The position numbers and the translations under genes are program-made. A DNA stretch of 64,000 nt from a virus. This document shows positions 1 through 9,597 of the stretch, in pieces. Within the stretch, counting starts at the first letter, position 1. Every line of letters begins with the position of its first letter. The stretch lies in the IMG/VR virus record IMGVR_UViG_3300045988_130225, positions 32,001-96,000 of that record. One strand, given 5' to 3'. A model generated the notes under the pieces. That model saw only the letters and a list, made by a program, of their open reading frames with translations. It was not told the origin of the DNA and did no database searches.

Positions 1-1074
1 TTGTGATACAAGTTTCACGAGTGGAAATGTGATGCTCGACGATAAAATCACCACGCCGGATATAATAAATGGTGAAATTTCTAACGCGGCGTAACCATTT
101 TCAGTTGCCGTTCCAGAAATTGATATTAACCCATTTTTTGCAGTAATCGTTACACCCCTATTAGTACCTGACCCGTCTGAGATATACAGCAAGTTTTTTC
201 CCGTCACCTTCACCGTCACACTCCCACCGTCACCTGCACTCACGATAGGCACAGGATTATCAGGGCTGGGTGTTCCGTCCTGCGTACTCTTTCCGTATAC
301 ATTCAGGCCGCACAGTGGGGCAGCAAAAGCGTCATTACAGCTTACCGGGTTGCCTGTCTCGCTTCCAACAAGCACATTCTGGCGCTTCTGCAACGCAGTA
401 GTATCTTCATTTAGCTGATTAGTCTTATCATCTAATTCTGTCTTAATATCATCAGCATATTTCTTAGTTACAACGTCAGTATCGTTTACAGGAGTGCTAA
501 CGCCAGTAATAGTGCTTTTGCCATTAAATTTGACAACGCCTGTAACTGGATTGTCCTCTGTGGTTCCTGTCAAAGGTATATAATTATTACCCAGATAACG
601 TAAATTAACCACATCGGTATCGGACAATGGGTCAGCAACGCCTGTAATTACATATTGTTTACTGGTATCATCAGAGTTAGAAAACTCTATAGCTTCATAA
701 GAAAATGGCTCTCTTGTTTCTGGATTTGTTGTTTCAAGATGTACTAAATTTAATGCTACAGTATATTCACCAGTTTCATCTTTTAAAGTAATAGACTTAG
801 CGTTAAGCAATGAATTACCATTCATGTTAATGTCACCAGTCATAATACCACCTGATAACGGTAAGTAATCATCACTTGGAGCAGTACCACCTCTAGTTAT
901 TGGATACCAAATTTTGTTTTCTTTATCAAAACGGTATTCTTGCATGTTATTATCAACTTCATAAAAAGCACTACCGTTAGGAACATCTTCTGTTGGTTTT
1001 ACATCTGTGGTATTGCCGTAAAATTCTGTAAAAATTGTGCCGTTAGCACCACCAACTTTGTTTACTGTTCTCAT
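1..1074 (-). CDS. tail fibre / receptor-binding protein (C-terminal end lies outside window)
   Basis: Hand translation of the minus strand from ATG 1074-1072 (RBS AAAGGGG 7 nt upstream) stays open to position 1: MRTVNKVGGANGT... It contains an LPLSGGIMTGDI tail-fibre motif, a coiled segment and a YGKSTQDGTPSPDNPVPI module. It is absent from the ORF track because there is no stop in the window. Confidence 0.7.
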   Translation of the reverse strand, partial: MRTVNKVGGANGTIFTEFYGNTTDVKPTEDVPNGSAFYEVDNNMQEYRFDKENKIWYPITRGGTAPSDDYLPLSGGIMTGDINMNGNSLLNAKSITLKDETGEYTVALNLVHLETTNPETREPFSYEAIEFSNSDDTSKQYVITGVADPLSDTDVVNLRYLGNNYIPLTGTTEDNPVTGVVKFNGKSTITGVSTPVNDTDVVTKKYADDIKTELDDKTNQLNEDTTALQKRQNVLVGSETGNPVSCNDAFAAPLCGLNVYGKSTQDGTPSPDNPVPIVSAGDGGSVTVKVTGKNLLYISDGSGTNRGVTITAKNGLISISGTATENGYAALEISPFIISGVVILSSSITFPLVKLVSQ

Positions 1075-1158
1075 TTACGAACCCCTTTCTAATTTATGAT
1101 AACAAAAAGAGAGGAACTATTATTAATTCCTCTCCATTGTAATATATTTATTTAATTA

Positions 1159-1338
1159 TCAATCCTTAACAGGTCTTTGGGTCTGAGGTCTTACACGTTC
1201 ATCTGTTTTACCAGTTGCAGGGCCAGTTGTTACATAGGTTGTATCCTGTGCGCCCTTTGGTCTTTTAGTCTGTGCTAAATCATTTGCCATCTGTTCCTTG
1301 GTTCTATGGTCTGCATGCTTTCCAGTTGCTACTGCCAT
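1159..1338 (-). CDS. small basic hypothetical protein
   Basis: ORF track 1159..1377. The internal ATG at 1338 (MAVATGKHADH...) is preceded by GGAGG 8 nt upstream. Confidence 0.5.
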   Translation of the reverse strand: MAVATGKHADHRTKEQMANDLAQTKRPKGAQDTTYVTTGPATGKTDERVRPQTQRPVKD

Positions 1339-1518
1339 AATAATTACCTCCTTTAAGGTTAATATACAGAAATACATAATTTTTAAAATAGTTTTAGAAC
1401 AATTTTTATAGCACTTTATTTTTCATTTAAAACAGTAAGTCTGTAAACTTTCTATATGAATTGTTCTTTATTTATAATACTACTTGTCACCTTATTTGTC
1501 AAGCGAATTTTAATCACT

Positions 1519-2079
1519 TTATGATAATTTTATCCATTTACTTGTAGTTGGAATTTCATCTTCAACACTTGTCAACATAATTCCATTATCATCATTCTCA
1601 AATGAATTAGTAACAGCCGTTTCCTCACCAATTTCCTCTTTATCCTTAGAATTGGACACATGAGTTACTACAGCCTTGTATAACTCACCGTACTCGTTAG
1701 TAACCCTATCTCCCTCTTTATATTCAACGCCCTCAGTCCATACTGGATAGAGTTCTGGAACTTCTACGGCTTGTTCGTCTGTGAAATTCTGTGCTGATAA
1801 TTTAGCTGTTTTATAAAGGGTCTTATTAATTTGTTGTAAAGTCGCAACTTGCTGTTCTTGTGTTGGAACGTAAGCAATTTCATTATCTTCTAAGTCATAA
1901 AACTTGCCGTTTTTATATTTGCAACCTATAAAACAAGGGTATTGTAAACAGTCTACTGCGATAGCTTCATTGCCGTAAGTACCTCTTGCAATCTGATTAG
2001 CAAGTTCATAATTGTCGCATACAATAATATTCTGTACAGTTTCCTCATGTACAATAGCAAAAACTTGATGTACAATCAT
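1519..2079 (-). CDS. hypothetical protein (tail-fibre region)
   Basis: ORF track, 186 aa, co-oriented in the tail-fibre cluster. No motif recognised. Confidence 0.6.
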   Translation of the reverse strand: MIVHQVFAIVHEETVQNIIVCDNYELANQIARGTYGNEAIAVDCLQYPCFIGCKYKNGKFYDLEDNEIAYVPTQEQQVATLQQINKTLYKTAKLSAQNFTDEQAVEVPELYPVWTEGVEYKEGDRVTNEYGELYKAVVTHVSNSKDKEEIGEETAVTNSFENDDNGIMLTSVEDEIPTTSKWIKLS

Positions 2080-2104
2080 ATCATTTCTATCCTTTCATTC
2101 TATA

Positions 2105-2350
2105 TTAATAAGCGAAAATACTATTCACTGTTAAAGTGCCAGTTTGTTGGGCTTGTGGATTAGTGGTATAAAAAGTTGTACCAGTTAATACTTGATTTAC
2201 ATTGGCGTTACCAGTTAATTCAAGAGTTCCAATTTGTTCATCATCAGAACCTAAACCAAGAAAGATATAACCTTTCATAACTTCTGATTTGGTTGCAGTC
2301 AATTCAGAAGTATCAACGCCACCAGATATAAAATTATTAATTATAGCCAT
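2105..2350 (-). CDS. short paralog of the N-terminal domain of the glycine-rich tail fibre
   Basis: 81 aa. Aligns by eye with residues 1-80 of ORF 2366..3703 (shared KGY.F.G..SDD.Q.GTLELTGNA...G.TFY...TGT). Confidence 0.6.
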   Translation of the reverse strand: MAIINNFISGGVDTSELTATKSEVMKGYIFLGLGSDDEQIGTLELTGNANVNQVLTGTTFYTTNPQAQQTGTLTVNSIFAY

Positions 2351-2365
2351 ATGATACTCCTTTCT

Positions 2366-3703
2366 TTATTTGAAACGGATAAGGATAATTCCAGAACCAC
2401 CAGTACCACCGTCCCTACCACTATAAGCATAGCCACCACCGCCACCACCTGCTCCACCACCAGTATTAGCAGAACCATTGCCGCCCGCACTAGCAAAAAT
2501 GTAATCTGGTTCACTAGAAGAACCTCCACTTCTATAGGTACCATTACCACCATGACCGCCACCTATAGAACCACCAGAGCCACCCCAGTTACCCGGTGTT
2601 AAAGCACCTAATCCTTGTCCACCAGAACCACCACCGCCAGAATAAACAGTACCAGAACTTTCACCAAATGGGCGAGTTGTTGTTCCTTGACCTAATCCTT
2701 GACTATTTGTGACACCAGGACTATTACCACCATTGCCACCATTACTACCGCCATTATTTCCATAAGTATATCCATACGCTGAACCACCTACTCCACCGCC
2801 ACTACCGCCACAACTAGCACGATAATATGGTGAAGTAGTTTCACCGTCACCGCCATATCCACCAGAAGCAGTACATAATGTAGTTCCGCTTCTTGTTACA
2901 GAAGTAGTGCCACCAGTACCCCCATTAGCGCCGCCACCGCCACCAATAGAGCATACTAAAGTTTGTCCAGAAGATACACTAACATTAGAAGCAGTTTTAG
3001 TGTAGCCACCACCGCCACCACCGCCACCATAAGTTGAATTTCTATCTCGACTTTCTCCATGCCCACCACCGCCACCACCACCAACACAAAATATATCAAC
3101 TTGACTATATCCACTTGGTACAGTTACATTTGTACTACTTGTAATCGTCTGTGTATATGTACTACCACTTACAATATTACCTTGTATTGGTGTTCCTATC
3201 AATTCCCCATTACTTGTCACACAATAACTATACACACTTATGTAATACCTAGTTCCAAGATTAGGAAACCCCAAAGTAACACTACTTCTACCACCACTTG
3301 TAGTATTATTTCCAGTACCTTTATAAATCTGAGTACCACCAGTCCCAGGATTTCCACTTGTGCTATATTTAACATATACACCACTATAAGGTCTACCAGT
3401 AGTTTGTATAGGGTTAGACCAAGTAACAGTAATATTTCTACCACTAGAAACAGCTAAGTTTAAATTACTTACATTACCAACTTCCATTGTGCCAGTAACC
3501 TTAATTTTAGCGTCTGTATTATAAAACGTAGCACCTTTGATAACATGACTTTCTATAGCGTTTCCAGTCAGTTCCAATGTGCCAGTTTGTATATCGTCAC
3601 TATCTTTTCCTACGAATGTATATCCTTTTAATACATTATTTGGTTCAGCAGTTGCAATATCAGAACTACCACCACCAGTAGGAAATCTATTCATAATTGA
3701 CAT
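2366..3703 (-). CDS. glycine-rich tail fibre protein
   Basis: 445 aa. N-terminal domain shared with 2105..2350, an FN3-like middle (NITVTWSNP...YVKYS), and a long G-rich C-terminus (GGGGGGG runs) ending GGSGIILIRFK, as in phage glycine-rich fibre domains. Confidence 0.7.
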   Translation of the reverse strand: MSIMNRFPTGGGSSDIATAEPNNVLKGYTFVGKDSDDIQTGTLELTGNAIESHVIKGATFYNTDAKIKVTGTMEVGNVSNLNLAVSSGRNITVTWSNPIQTTGRPYSGVYVKYSTSGNPGTGGTQIYKGTGNNTTSGGRSSVTLGFPNLGTRYYISVYSYCVTSNGELIGTPIQGNIVSGSTYTQTITSSTNVTVPSGYSQVDIFCVGGGGGGGHGESRDRNSTYGGGGGGGGYTKTASNVSVSSGQTLVCSIGGGGGANGGTGGTTSVTRSGTTLCTASGGYGGDGETTSPYYRASCGGSGGGVGGSAYGYTYGNNGGSNGGNGGNSPGVTNSQGLGQGTTTRPFGESSGTVYSGGGGSGGQGLGALTPGNWGGSGGSIGGGHGGNGTYRSGGSSSEPDYIFASAGGNGSANTGGGAGGGGGGYAYSGRDGGTGGSGIILIRFK

Positions 3704-3730
3704 AAAATCACCTCTTTTTGTTAATAAAAC

Positions 3731-4096
3731 TTATCCAATAATCAGCACTTGGATGGGTAAATCTTCCGTTGGCTTATTCTTATAAGCTGTAAGAGTAATC
3801 TGATTTTCTGCTTGTGCTGTACACTGAATGATACATTTCATGGATAGTTTAATTTGGTCTAAGGTTGCATTTGAAGCTAAACCAACCTCAATATTATTCT
3901 CAGCCGTAACACCATTTACTGTTAAAGTTAATGTATATGGTGCATTATCACCTTGCCAATCTGCACTAGGAGCATTTACTTGCACACTTACAGATTTAAA
4001 AGCACCATTTTCTACATTTTTTATTTTAGTCTGAGGATATAATTGGTCATATCCAGTATCAGTTTTTACATTCATTTCTATGTTATAACTTGCCAT
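3731..4096 (-). CDS. hypothetical tail-fibre-associated protein
   Basis: ORF track 3731..4147. Start moved to MASYNIEM (ATG 4096, GGTGA RBS) to avoid overlap with the upstream gene. Confidence 0.55.
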   Translation of the reverse strand: MASYNIEMNVKTDTGYDQLYPQTKIKNVENGAFKSVSVQVNAPSADWQGDNAPYTLTLTVNGVTAENNIEVGLASNATLDQIKLSMKCIIQCTAQAENQITLTAYKNKPTEDLPIQVLIIG

Positions 4097-4116
4097 ATTT
4101 TCACCAACTTTCTTTA

Positions 4117-4806
4117 TTAAACTTCGATAGATAAAATTTTCCACCATTGACCACCAACTTCTAATTGTTCGTCAGTTGGTTCTGTTTCAGATACAATAAC
4201 TCTTGCTTTTGGAAACTTCATAAATACCTGCCATGTGCTAGGTGTGGTATCTGGTTGAACATTTGTATTCGCTTTTAAAGCAATATACATTACATTTTCA
4301 TAAGTAACAACGTCATTAATAGCATAATTTACTGTTTTATCCCAAACATCTTTTAACTGAACGTCAATACTTGTCGCACCAACCTCACCTTTTAAGCCAA
4401 TCAACACCCAGTATTCCATATCAGTAGGCAGATTTCCAGTTGATTGTTTTAAACACATATAAACTTGTTTGTCATAAACAACAAAGTTATACATTTCATA
4501 TTGTATATCAGCTTGATATTCTTTCTTATTTATGTAATTATTAAGCATTGTCTGAAATAATTGTTCATCTTCTGCAAGTTTAACCTCTACTGCATTGTAA
4601 TATAAATTCTGTAAATATTCAAGAGCCGTATGAATCATATTGAAACATATTGGCATAACCGTTTCAGAATCAATGTCATCATTGTTCATAATTAACGCTA
4701 ATGCTTGACTAAAATAACCCTCTCTAAAATATTGAGAAAACTGTTGCATTAAGTTTCTATTACTTAATGATAAGTCTTGCCAACGTCTGACTTCAAAACT
4801 TGCCAT
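4117..4806 (-). CDS. tail protein with C-terminal aromatic carbohydrate-binding-like repeat
   Basis: 229 aa. The C-terminus WDKTVNYAINDVVTYENVMYIALKANTNVQPDTTPSTW resembles the CBM5/12-type W..Y..GD.V.Y.G..Y...W pattern. Confidence 0.5.
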   Translation of the reverse strand: MASFEVRRWQDLSLSNRNLMQQFSQYFREGYFSQALALIMNNDDIDSETVMPICFNMIHTALEYLQNLYYNAVEVKLAEDEQLFQTMLNNYINKKEYQADIQYEMYNFVVYDKQVYMCLKQSTGNLPTDMEYWVLIGLKGEVGATSIDVQLKDVWDKTVNYAINDVVTYENVMYIALKANTNVQPDTTPSTWQVFMKFPKARVIVSETEPTDEQLEVGGQWWKILSIEV

Positions 4807-4820
4807 ATTTTTTTCCTTTC

Positions 4821-5552
4821 TTAGTTCACAATTCTAAACCATAAATCACCAGTTTCTTGTTGACTTGGCGTTCCCCCTTGTACTGGAATTTCTCTAGGTC
4901 TAACAGAACCAATATTAACCCAGTATTGCGAACCCTCAAAAGGTGCTTGGTTATTATTAGCTTCAATACAAGCCCACACATAGTTACCGTATGTTACTAC
5001 GTTCTGTGTGGTGTAATGTACTGTACTATCCCATTCTCCTAAGAAAGACAATCCCTCACCAGAATCACCTTTTTCACCACGAATAGAAAGCACTCGCCAA
5101 TAAGTTGTATTTGTGGGATCTGTTCCCAAAGGTGGATTAGTAACAGCAATATACACATAATTTACACCGTTATAGGTGTATGTTACAAAGTTATTCTTAG
5201 AATAGGTTATAGTAGGGTTATATATTCCCTTATAGCCAAATAAATTGATGATATTCTGCCATTTAATTTGCTTGCCCTCTACATAAGGTTGCACATCAGT
5301 TTTATAAAAATTTTCCAACGCTTCACAAGTATTGATAATCGTATTTAATTTTTGAGCATTGATAATCTTTTGATTACCGTTTGGAATTTGTGCAAATATA
5401 TTTTGTGCGGTTTCATAATCATTAGACTGAATAGCTGTCTGATATTGCTGAATTAATTGTGCGTCAGAAGCCGTAATATCCAAAAAAGTTGTAAATGTTT
5501 GTACTTGATTAGGAAAAGTCGTACTCGGAAATTGAGGGTAACGTTCACTCAT
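4821..5552 (-). CDS. tail protein with two carbohydrate-binding-like repeats
   Basis: 243 aa. Two copies of the Y..N.VTY.....Y.A......P......W pattern. The C-terminal half is paralogous to 4117..4806. Confidence 0.5.
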   Translation of the reverse strand: MSERYPQFPSTTFPNQVQTFTTFLDITASDAQLIQQYQTAIQSNDYETAQNIFAQIPNGNQKIINAQKLNTIINTCEALENFYKTDVQPYVEGKQIKWQNIINLFGYKGIYNPTITYSKNNFVTYTYNGVNYVYIAVTNPPLGTDPTNTTYWRVLSIRGEKGDSGEGLSFLGEWDSTVHYTTQNVVTYGNYVWACIEANNNQAPFEGSQYWVNIGSVRPREIPVQGGTPSQQETGDLWFRIVN

Positions 5553-5611
5553 AAATCACACTTCCTTTCTATGTAATCTAAATATTATTATATATTATTC
5601 TTTATTTTATT

Positions 5612-5650
5612 ACAACAAAAAAGAGTGAATCTATTAAGAAACACTCTTTC
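5612..5650 (-). terminator. rho-independent terminator (minus strand)
   Basis: Stem AAAGAGTG/CACTCTTT followed on the minus strand by TTTTTTGTTG. Confidence 0.55.
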
Positions 5651-5681
5651 TTGCTACCAAAAACGTATTACAGGAGGTTTA

Positions 5682-5810
5682 ATGAAAATAAGAAAAATAT
5701 GCTTAGTTCTTTTTTCCAAGCATTATGTCACCATTCACCTTTTATCTCTCGCACATAAAAGGGTTCAGCTTTTTGTGACTAACTACCTATCTAATCATAG
5801 GTTAGTTTGA
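5682..5810 (+). CDS. possible 42-aa hydrophobic/basic peptide, antisense to the tail operon
   Basis: ATG 5682 is preceded by AGGAGG (5672-5677). The product is MKIRKICLVLFSKHYVTIHLLSLAHKRVQLFV... It is the only plus-strand candidate inside 41 kb of minus-strand genes. Speculative. Confidence 0.2.
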   Translation: MKIRKICLVLFSKHYVTIHLLSLAHKRVQLFVTNYLSNHRLV

Positions 5811-6001
5811 ATTGTCACCATCACAGGCTTTTTTCAACTTTAGCTGAATTAATTTCATTATCACTATGGCAAGTAAATGATAATGAAAATCCAGTTAAGA
5901 AAAGGAACGTTGTGGATTTTTCGCACATGGATACGAACAACAATGTATACAATTTATAAGGAGAACATATATCTTTTATTTCCTTTCCTTAACTTAATTA
6001 T

Positions 6002-6030
6002 ATCTTACCATACTTTACGCCTTGTGTCAA
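6002..6030 (-). promoter_or_regulatory. sigma-A-type promoter (minus strand)
   Basis: Minus strand reads TTGACA (6030-6025), a 17-nt spacer, then TGgTAAGAT (-10 at 6007-6002). Confidence 0.5.
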
Positions 6031-6057
6031 TAGTTATTTTGAAATATTTCCACTTAT

Positions 6058-7470
6058 TTAGAAACTTTCGTATTCTGGATAATAAGCAATCATACTTATA
6101 TTCATTGAACCACTTTCTTGCATATCAGCACTAAAACTTTTTACAAGATACTGTTTTGGAACTGTAGAATCTTTAGGTGTGTATGAAACAACTATATTTA
6201 CGTCAAGCCACCATATAGGGACACATGTCAAACTTACACTGTCATTCATTCTGGTTCGTAAATATAATTCATATTTAGCACGTTGTCTTGCTAAATCATT
6301 AGTATATATATTATCATATTCACCCCCAGACAAAGGAATTGCTATCTCACCTATTGTACCCCCTACATAATAAGGGCTTTGTGGATTATCGTCTTTAGCT
6401 TCACCGTATATCTGTTGATAGCCTAGGTATATAAACTTACCATTCTGGTATCTGGCAACGTAATACTGGTTGTTACGGTCTAGTACCGCCGCTGTTCCGT
6501 CCTCATTAACCAAAGGTAATGCGCTGTTATCATTCACTTTAATATAAGGACTTGCAACTGCTGTAGTAGCCGTCCAACCTACTGTGAAACTTGTATCTGC
6601 ATCAAAAGTTGTTGGATAATCTGCAATAGTAAGAGTATAAGTATTTCCACTCTGAGTTATATTACTTGGATAATATGTTGGGTCGATTGATTTTCCAAAT
6701 ACTCTTACTACATTTTTAACGCTTTCAAAATCAGACGTAATACTTTCTGATGTTACAATATTATCCCATACATCGTCATCCAATAAAGACGGTTCATTAT
6801 GTCCACTTGGAATCTTTTGATACCTAAATACTCCGTTTACATCAAAGAAAATTTCCATAGTTGCATCTACATCTCTTAATTGAGAAAGTAATGAATAAAC
6901 ACTATCACCAACGTCTACTTGTATATCATAAGGTAAAGCATATGGCAATTCTTCAAGGACATATTTAGTTACTCCTACTAACTTTAACACACTAATCATA
7001 GCGTTTCTTACGTTACTACCTTGTGGAATCGTTGTTGGCATATCTGAAATATAACCATTTCTTGTACCATTCAGTCTTGCCATAAGGTCAAGTCCCTCAA
7101 ATGATAATGAATTAGTAGAAGCGTCATAATTCCATGTAGGGGTATTGATAAGATAAATACCTAAATTTACCCATTCCCAGTCTTTTGCAAGTATATCATA
7201 TTCACCTATATAAATCTGAACATATCTATCCAACCATATTCTTCCACCAGATTTTATCTCAAAATCAGCGGTATCTTTCAGTGCTAAAGTAATACTACAT
7301 GAACGCCTTTGGTCATTGTTACTATCACAATTTATATTACCACTGATAACATAACCCTGTATTTCATTTACGGTCTGATACTCATAATTGAGCAGATTTA
7401 TCTTTATTTGACGTTCTCTCATTCGTTGTTTTGCGATATTGTATAAATTTTGCGTTATATTTAATGGCAT
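6058..7470 (-). CDS. baseplate / tail-tip structural protein
   Basis: 470 aa, in the block downstream of the tape measure gene. No catalytic motif seen. Confidence 0.55.
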   Translation of the reverse strand: MPLNITQNLYNIAKQRMRERQIKINLLNYEYQTVNEIQGYVISGNINCDSNNDQRRSCSITLALKDTADFEIKSGGRIWLDRYVQIYIGEYDILAKDWEWVNLGIYLINTPTWNYDASTNSLSFEGLDLMARLNGTRNGYISDMPTTIPQGSNVRNAMISVLKLVGVTKYVLEELPYALPYDIQVDVGDSVYSLLSQLRDVDATMEIFFDVNGVFRYQKIPSGHNEPSLLDDDVWDNIVTSESITSDFESVKNVVRVFGKSIDPTYYPSNITQSGNTYTLTIADYPTTFDADTSFTVGWTATTAVASPYIKVNDNSALPLVNEDGTAAVLDRNNQYYVARYQNGKFIYLGYQQIYGEAKDDNPQSPYYVGGTIGEIAIPLSGGEYDNIYTNDLARQRAKYELYLRTRMNDSVSLTCVPIWWLDVNIVVSYTPKDSTVPKQYLVKSFSADMQESGSMNISMIAYYPEYESF

Positions 7471-7483
7471 AATTTATCCTCCC

Positions 7484-8416
7484 TTACGTTCCAGTAGTAG
7501 AAACTCCACTTACTACTGGTTCTACTAATCCAAATTCCATAAGGTCTTTTTCGTTATTTGCGTCACCAACCTCAACGTAATCAAAGGAAATATCTACCTT
7601 TCCCATACCCCAGTTGTTGTCATATGTAATGTTTGGTTCTGAACTTGGATAAACCAAATGTATCGAGTTATTCCAATCCTTTATGATTTTTGCTTTATTA
7701 TTTGTGATATAATTCAATATTTCTTCTGTTAATTTATTGATTTCGTATCTATTCATTATCCTATTCTTTTCATAATCCAAAGGTAGGACAGTAAAACTGA
7801 TACTATTGCTGTAATAATTCGTCTTAGCATTAGCAACAATTACTGGATATTTACTACCATAAGGCTCAAATACACCTATCTTCTTAACACGTTTACCAGT
7901 ACCATATGCTACCCCAGCGTAGAATTTATATATACTATCCTTTTCACAAATGAATACGCCCTTGAATTGAGAAGTGATACTATTGGTAATATAATCGCCC
8001 TCAGCACCGTTCAATATAGGAACTAAAGCATATTCATAATCTGTATTATTAGCGGCTATATAATCATTAAAAGCAAAGTTTAAATCTTCAAATGCTTTTA
8101 CTGTAACTGTCTTTAAAGTAACCCAGTTAAATGTACCTTTAATTCTACGTTTTACTTTAATAGCGGTCAAATATTGCAGTAAGAAATCTACATTACCGCC
8201 ATTGATATTACCGTCAAAATTAGCAACAATAATATCAAGATAAGCCCATTCAGTATTTTTAATAGGTGAATAATCACTAGTTACATTACTAGTTAAATGA
8301 AAATGGTCAAAGATACCGTTCTGAACTTGAACTGTTGTTACATTATTTACACTGGTAGGTGCAATATCTAGGCTGTTACCGTCTTGTACGAAATTGTACC
8401 CTAAGAAAGAAAACAT
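7484..8416 (-). CDS. tail/baseplate structural protein
   Basis: 310 aa, ORF track. Called by position in the tail module. Confidence 0.55.
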   Translation of the reverse strand: MFSFLGYNFVQDGNSLDIAPTSVNNVTTVQVQNGIFDHFHLTSNVTSDYSPIKNTEWAYLDIIVANFDGNINGGNVDFLLQYLTAIKVKRRIKGTFNWVTLKTVTVKAFEDLNFAFNDYIAANNTDYEYALVPILNGAEGDYITNSITSQFKGVFICEKDSIYKFYAGVAYGTGKRVKKIGVFEPYGSKYPVIVANAKTNYYSNSISFTVLPLDYEKNRIMNRYEINKLTEEILNYITNNKAKIIKDWNNSIHLVYPSSEPNITYDNNWGMGKVDISFDYVEVGDANNEKDLMEFGLVEPVVSGVSTTGT

Positions 8417-8452
8417 ATTATCCTCTCACCTACTTTCTATTTGTTGTTATTA

Positions 8453-9577
8453 TTAATTTGTTGCAGTAGGAATTACGCTACCTAAATTTATCAAAGAAAT
8501 ATTATAAACATTTCCTATTCTTCTCACCCATAAAGTAAGATAATCTGTATTTTGTGGTAATGGAATATATTGAGAATATCTATAATAAACATCTTCTGCA
8601 ATACCACTGTCCACAGTCATATCTACATAGGCTTTAAGTTCTGTTTCGTTTCTATAATATCCGTTCCTATAAGTAAACGTAATCTTTTGACCTTGTGAAT
8701 TAGTAAAAAATGAGATTGGTGTGTCTACGTTCATATCTCTAAACCACCATTGAGCCGTAAAATCTCCGTTTAATTGGAAACCACTTGTCCACTTTGTCCA
8801 GTAACCGTCTGGTCTTAAATCAATTTCTTTACCGTCTACATTAGTAATATATATTGGTTCTTCTGGATTGCTTGAACCCTCAATAATACTAACAATACTT
8901 TCACCAGTGATATAACCATTAGTGCAATCATTAGTCAAACCAAGAATACCAAACACAGTTGGACTGGAATATGTAACAGTGATTAATATTTCACCAGTTG
9001 TTACATAAGTTCCATAAATAGTATAACCCTTGATTTCAATGTAATAAGTTGCTTTATCATCTAATCCAGTCAATAAATAAGTTTGAGTTACTGGTGGTTT
9101 AATACTCTGACCACCATAAATCTCACCACTGTTATTAATTTCAACATGGTTAGAATTATATAGAATCACATTATAATAGTTTAATAATTCACCCTCAATC
9201 TGATTATATGTAAACTCAAATAAAAAACTTGAAGAATTGATAATATTATTTGCGGGTAAATTGGTAAACTCTATTGTAGGTTGAGTATAGCACCAAAACT
9301 GTATAGGGTCACTTGGACTACTTACTTCGCCTTGTGCGTCATAAGTAGTTACATAAGCGTTATAATATGTACCATTAGTTAATGTATTAGGTGGAACAGT
9401 ATGCTCAAACTTAAATGAGTCCACAGACTGTTGGTATACAACTTGGTTTGTGGTGTTGTTACGAATTGTTAATTGGTTCTTTACAACTTGATTACCACCT
9501 GTTGAATAGAATGTAAATGTTGACTTTTGAGAAGCGTCAAATGCATTTATTGAATATAATATCGGTTTAGTTACCAT
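8453..9577 (-). CDS. tail/baseplate structural protein
   Basis: 374 aa, beta-rich and T/N/Y-rich. Called by position in the tail module. Confidence 0.55.
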   Translation of the reverse strand: MVTKPILYSINAFDASQKSTFTFYSTGGNQVVKNQLTIRNNTTNQVVYQQSVDSFKFEHTVPPNTLTNGTYYNAYVTTYDAQGEVSSPSDPIQFWCYTQPTIEFTNLPANNIINSSSFLFEFTYNQIEGELLNYYNVILYNSNHVEINNSGEIYGGQSIKPPVTQTYLLTGLDDKATYYIEIKGYTIYGTYVTTGEILITVTYSSPTVFGILGLTNDCTNGYITGESIVSIIEGSSNPEEPIYITNVDGKEIDLRPDGYWTKWTSGFQLNGDFTAQWWFRDMNVDTPISFFTNSQGQKITFTYRNGYYRNETELKAYVDMTVDSGIAEDVYYRYSQYIPLPQNTDYLTLWVRRIGNVYNISLINLGSVIPTATN

Positions 9578-9597
9578 AAAATTTAATCACCTACTTT

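Noticed and set aside
2341-3457. ORFs 2341..2562(-), 2351..2602(+), 3059..3457(+) and 3238..3444(-), which overlap the glycine-rich fibre gene.
   Set aside because: They are alternative-frame or antisense readings of GGN/ACC repeat DNA and give low-complexity T/V/L products. They have no RBS and are fully nested in a convincing 445-aa gene.
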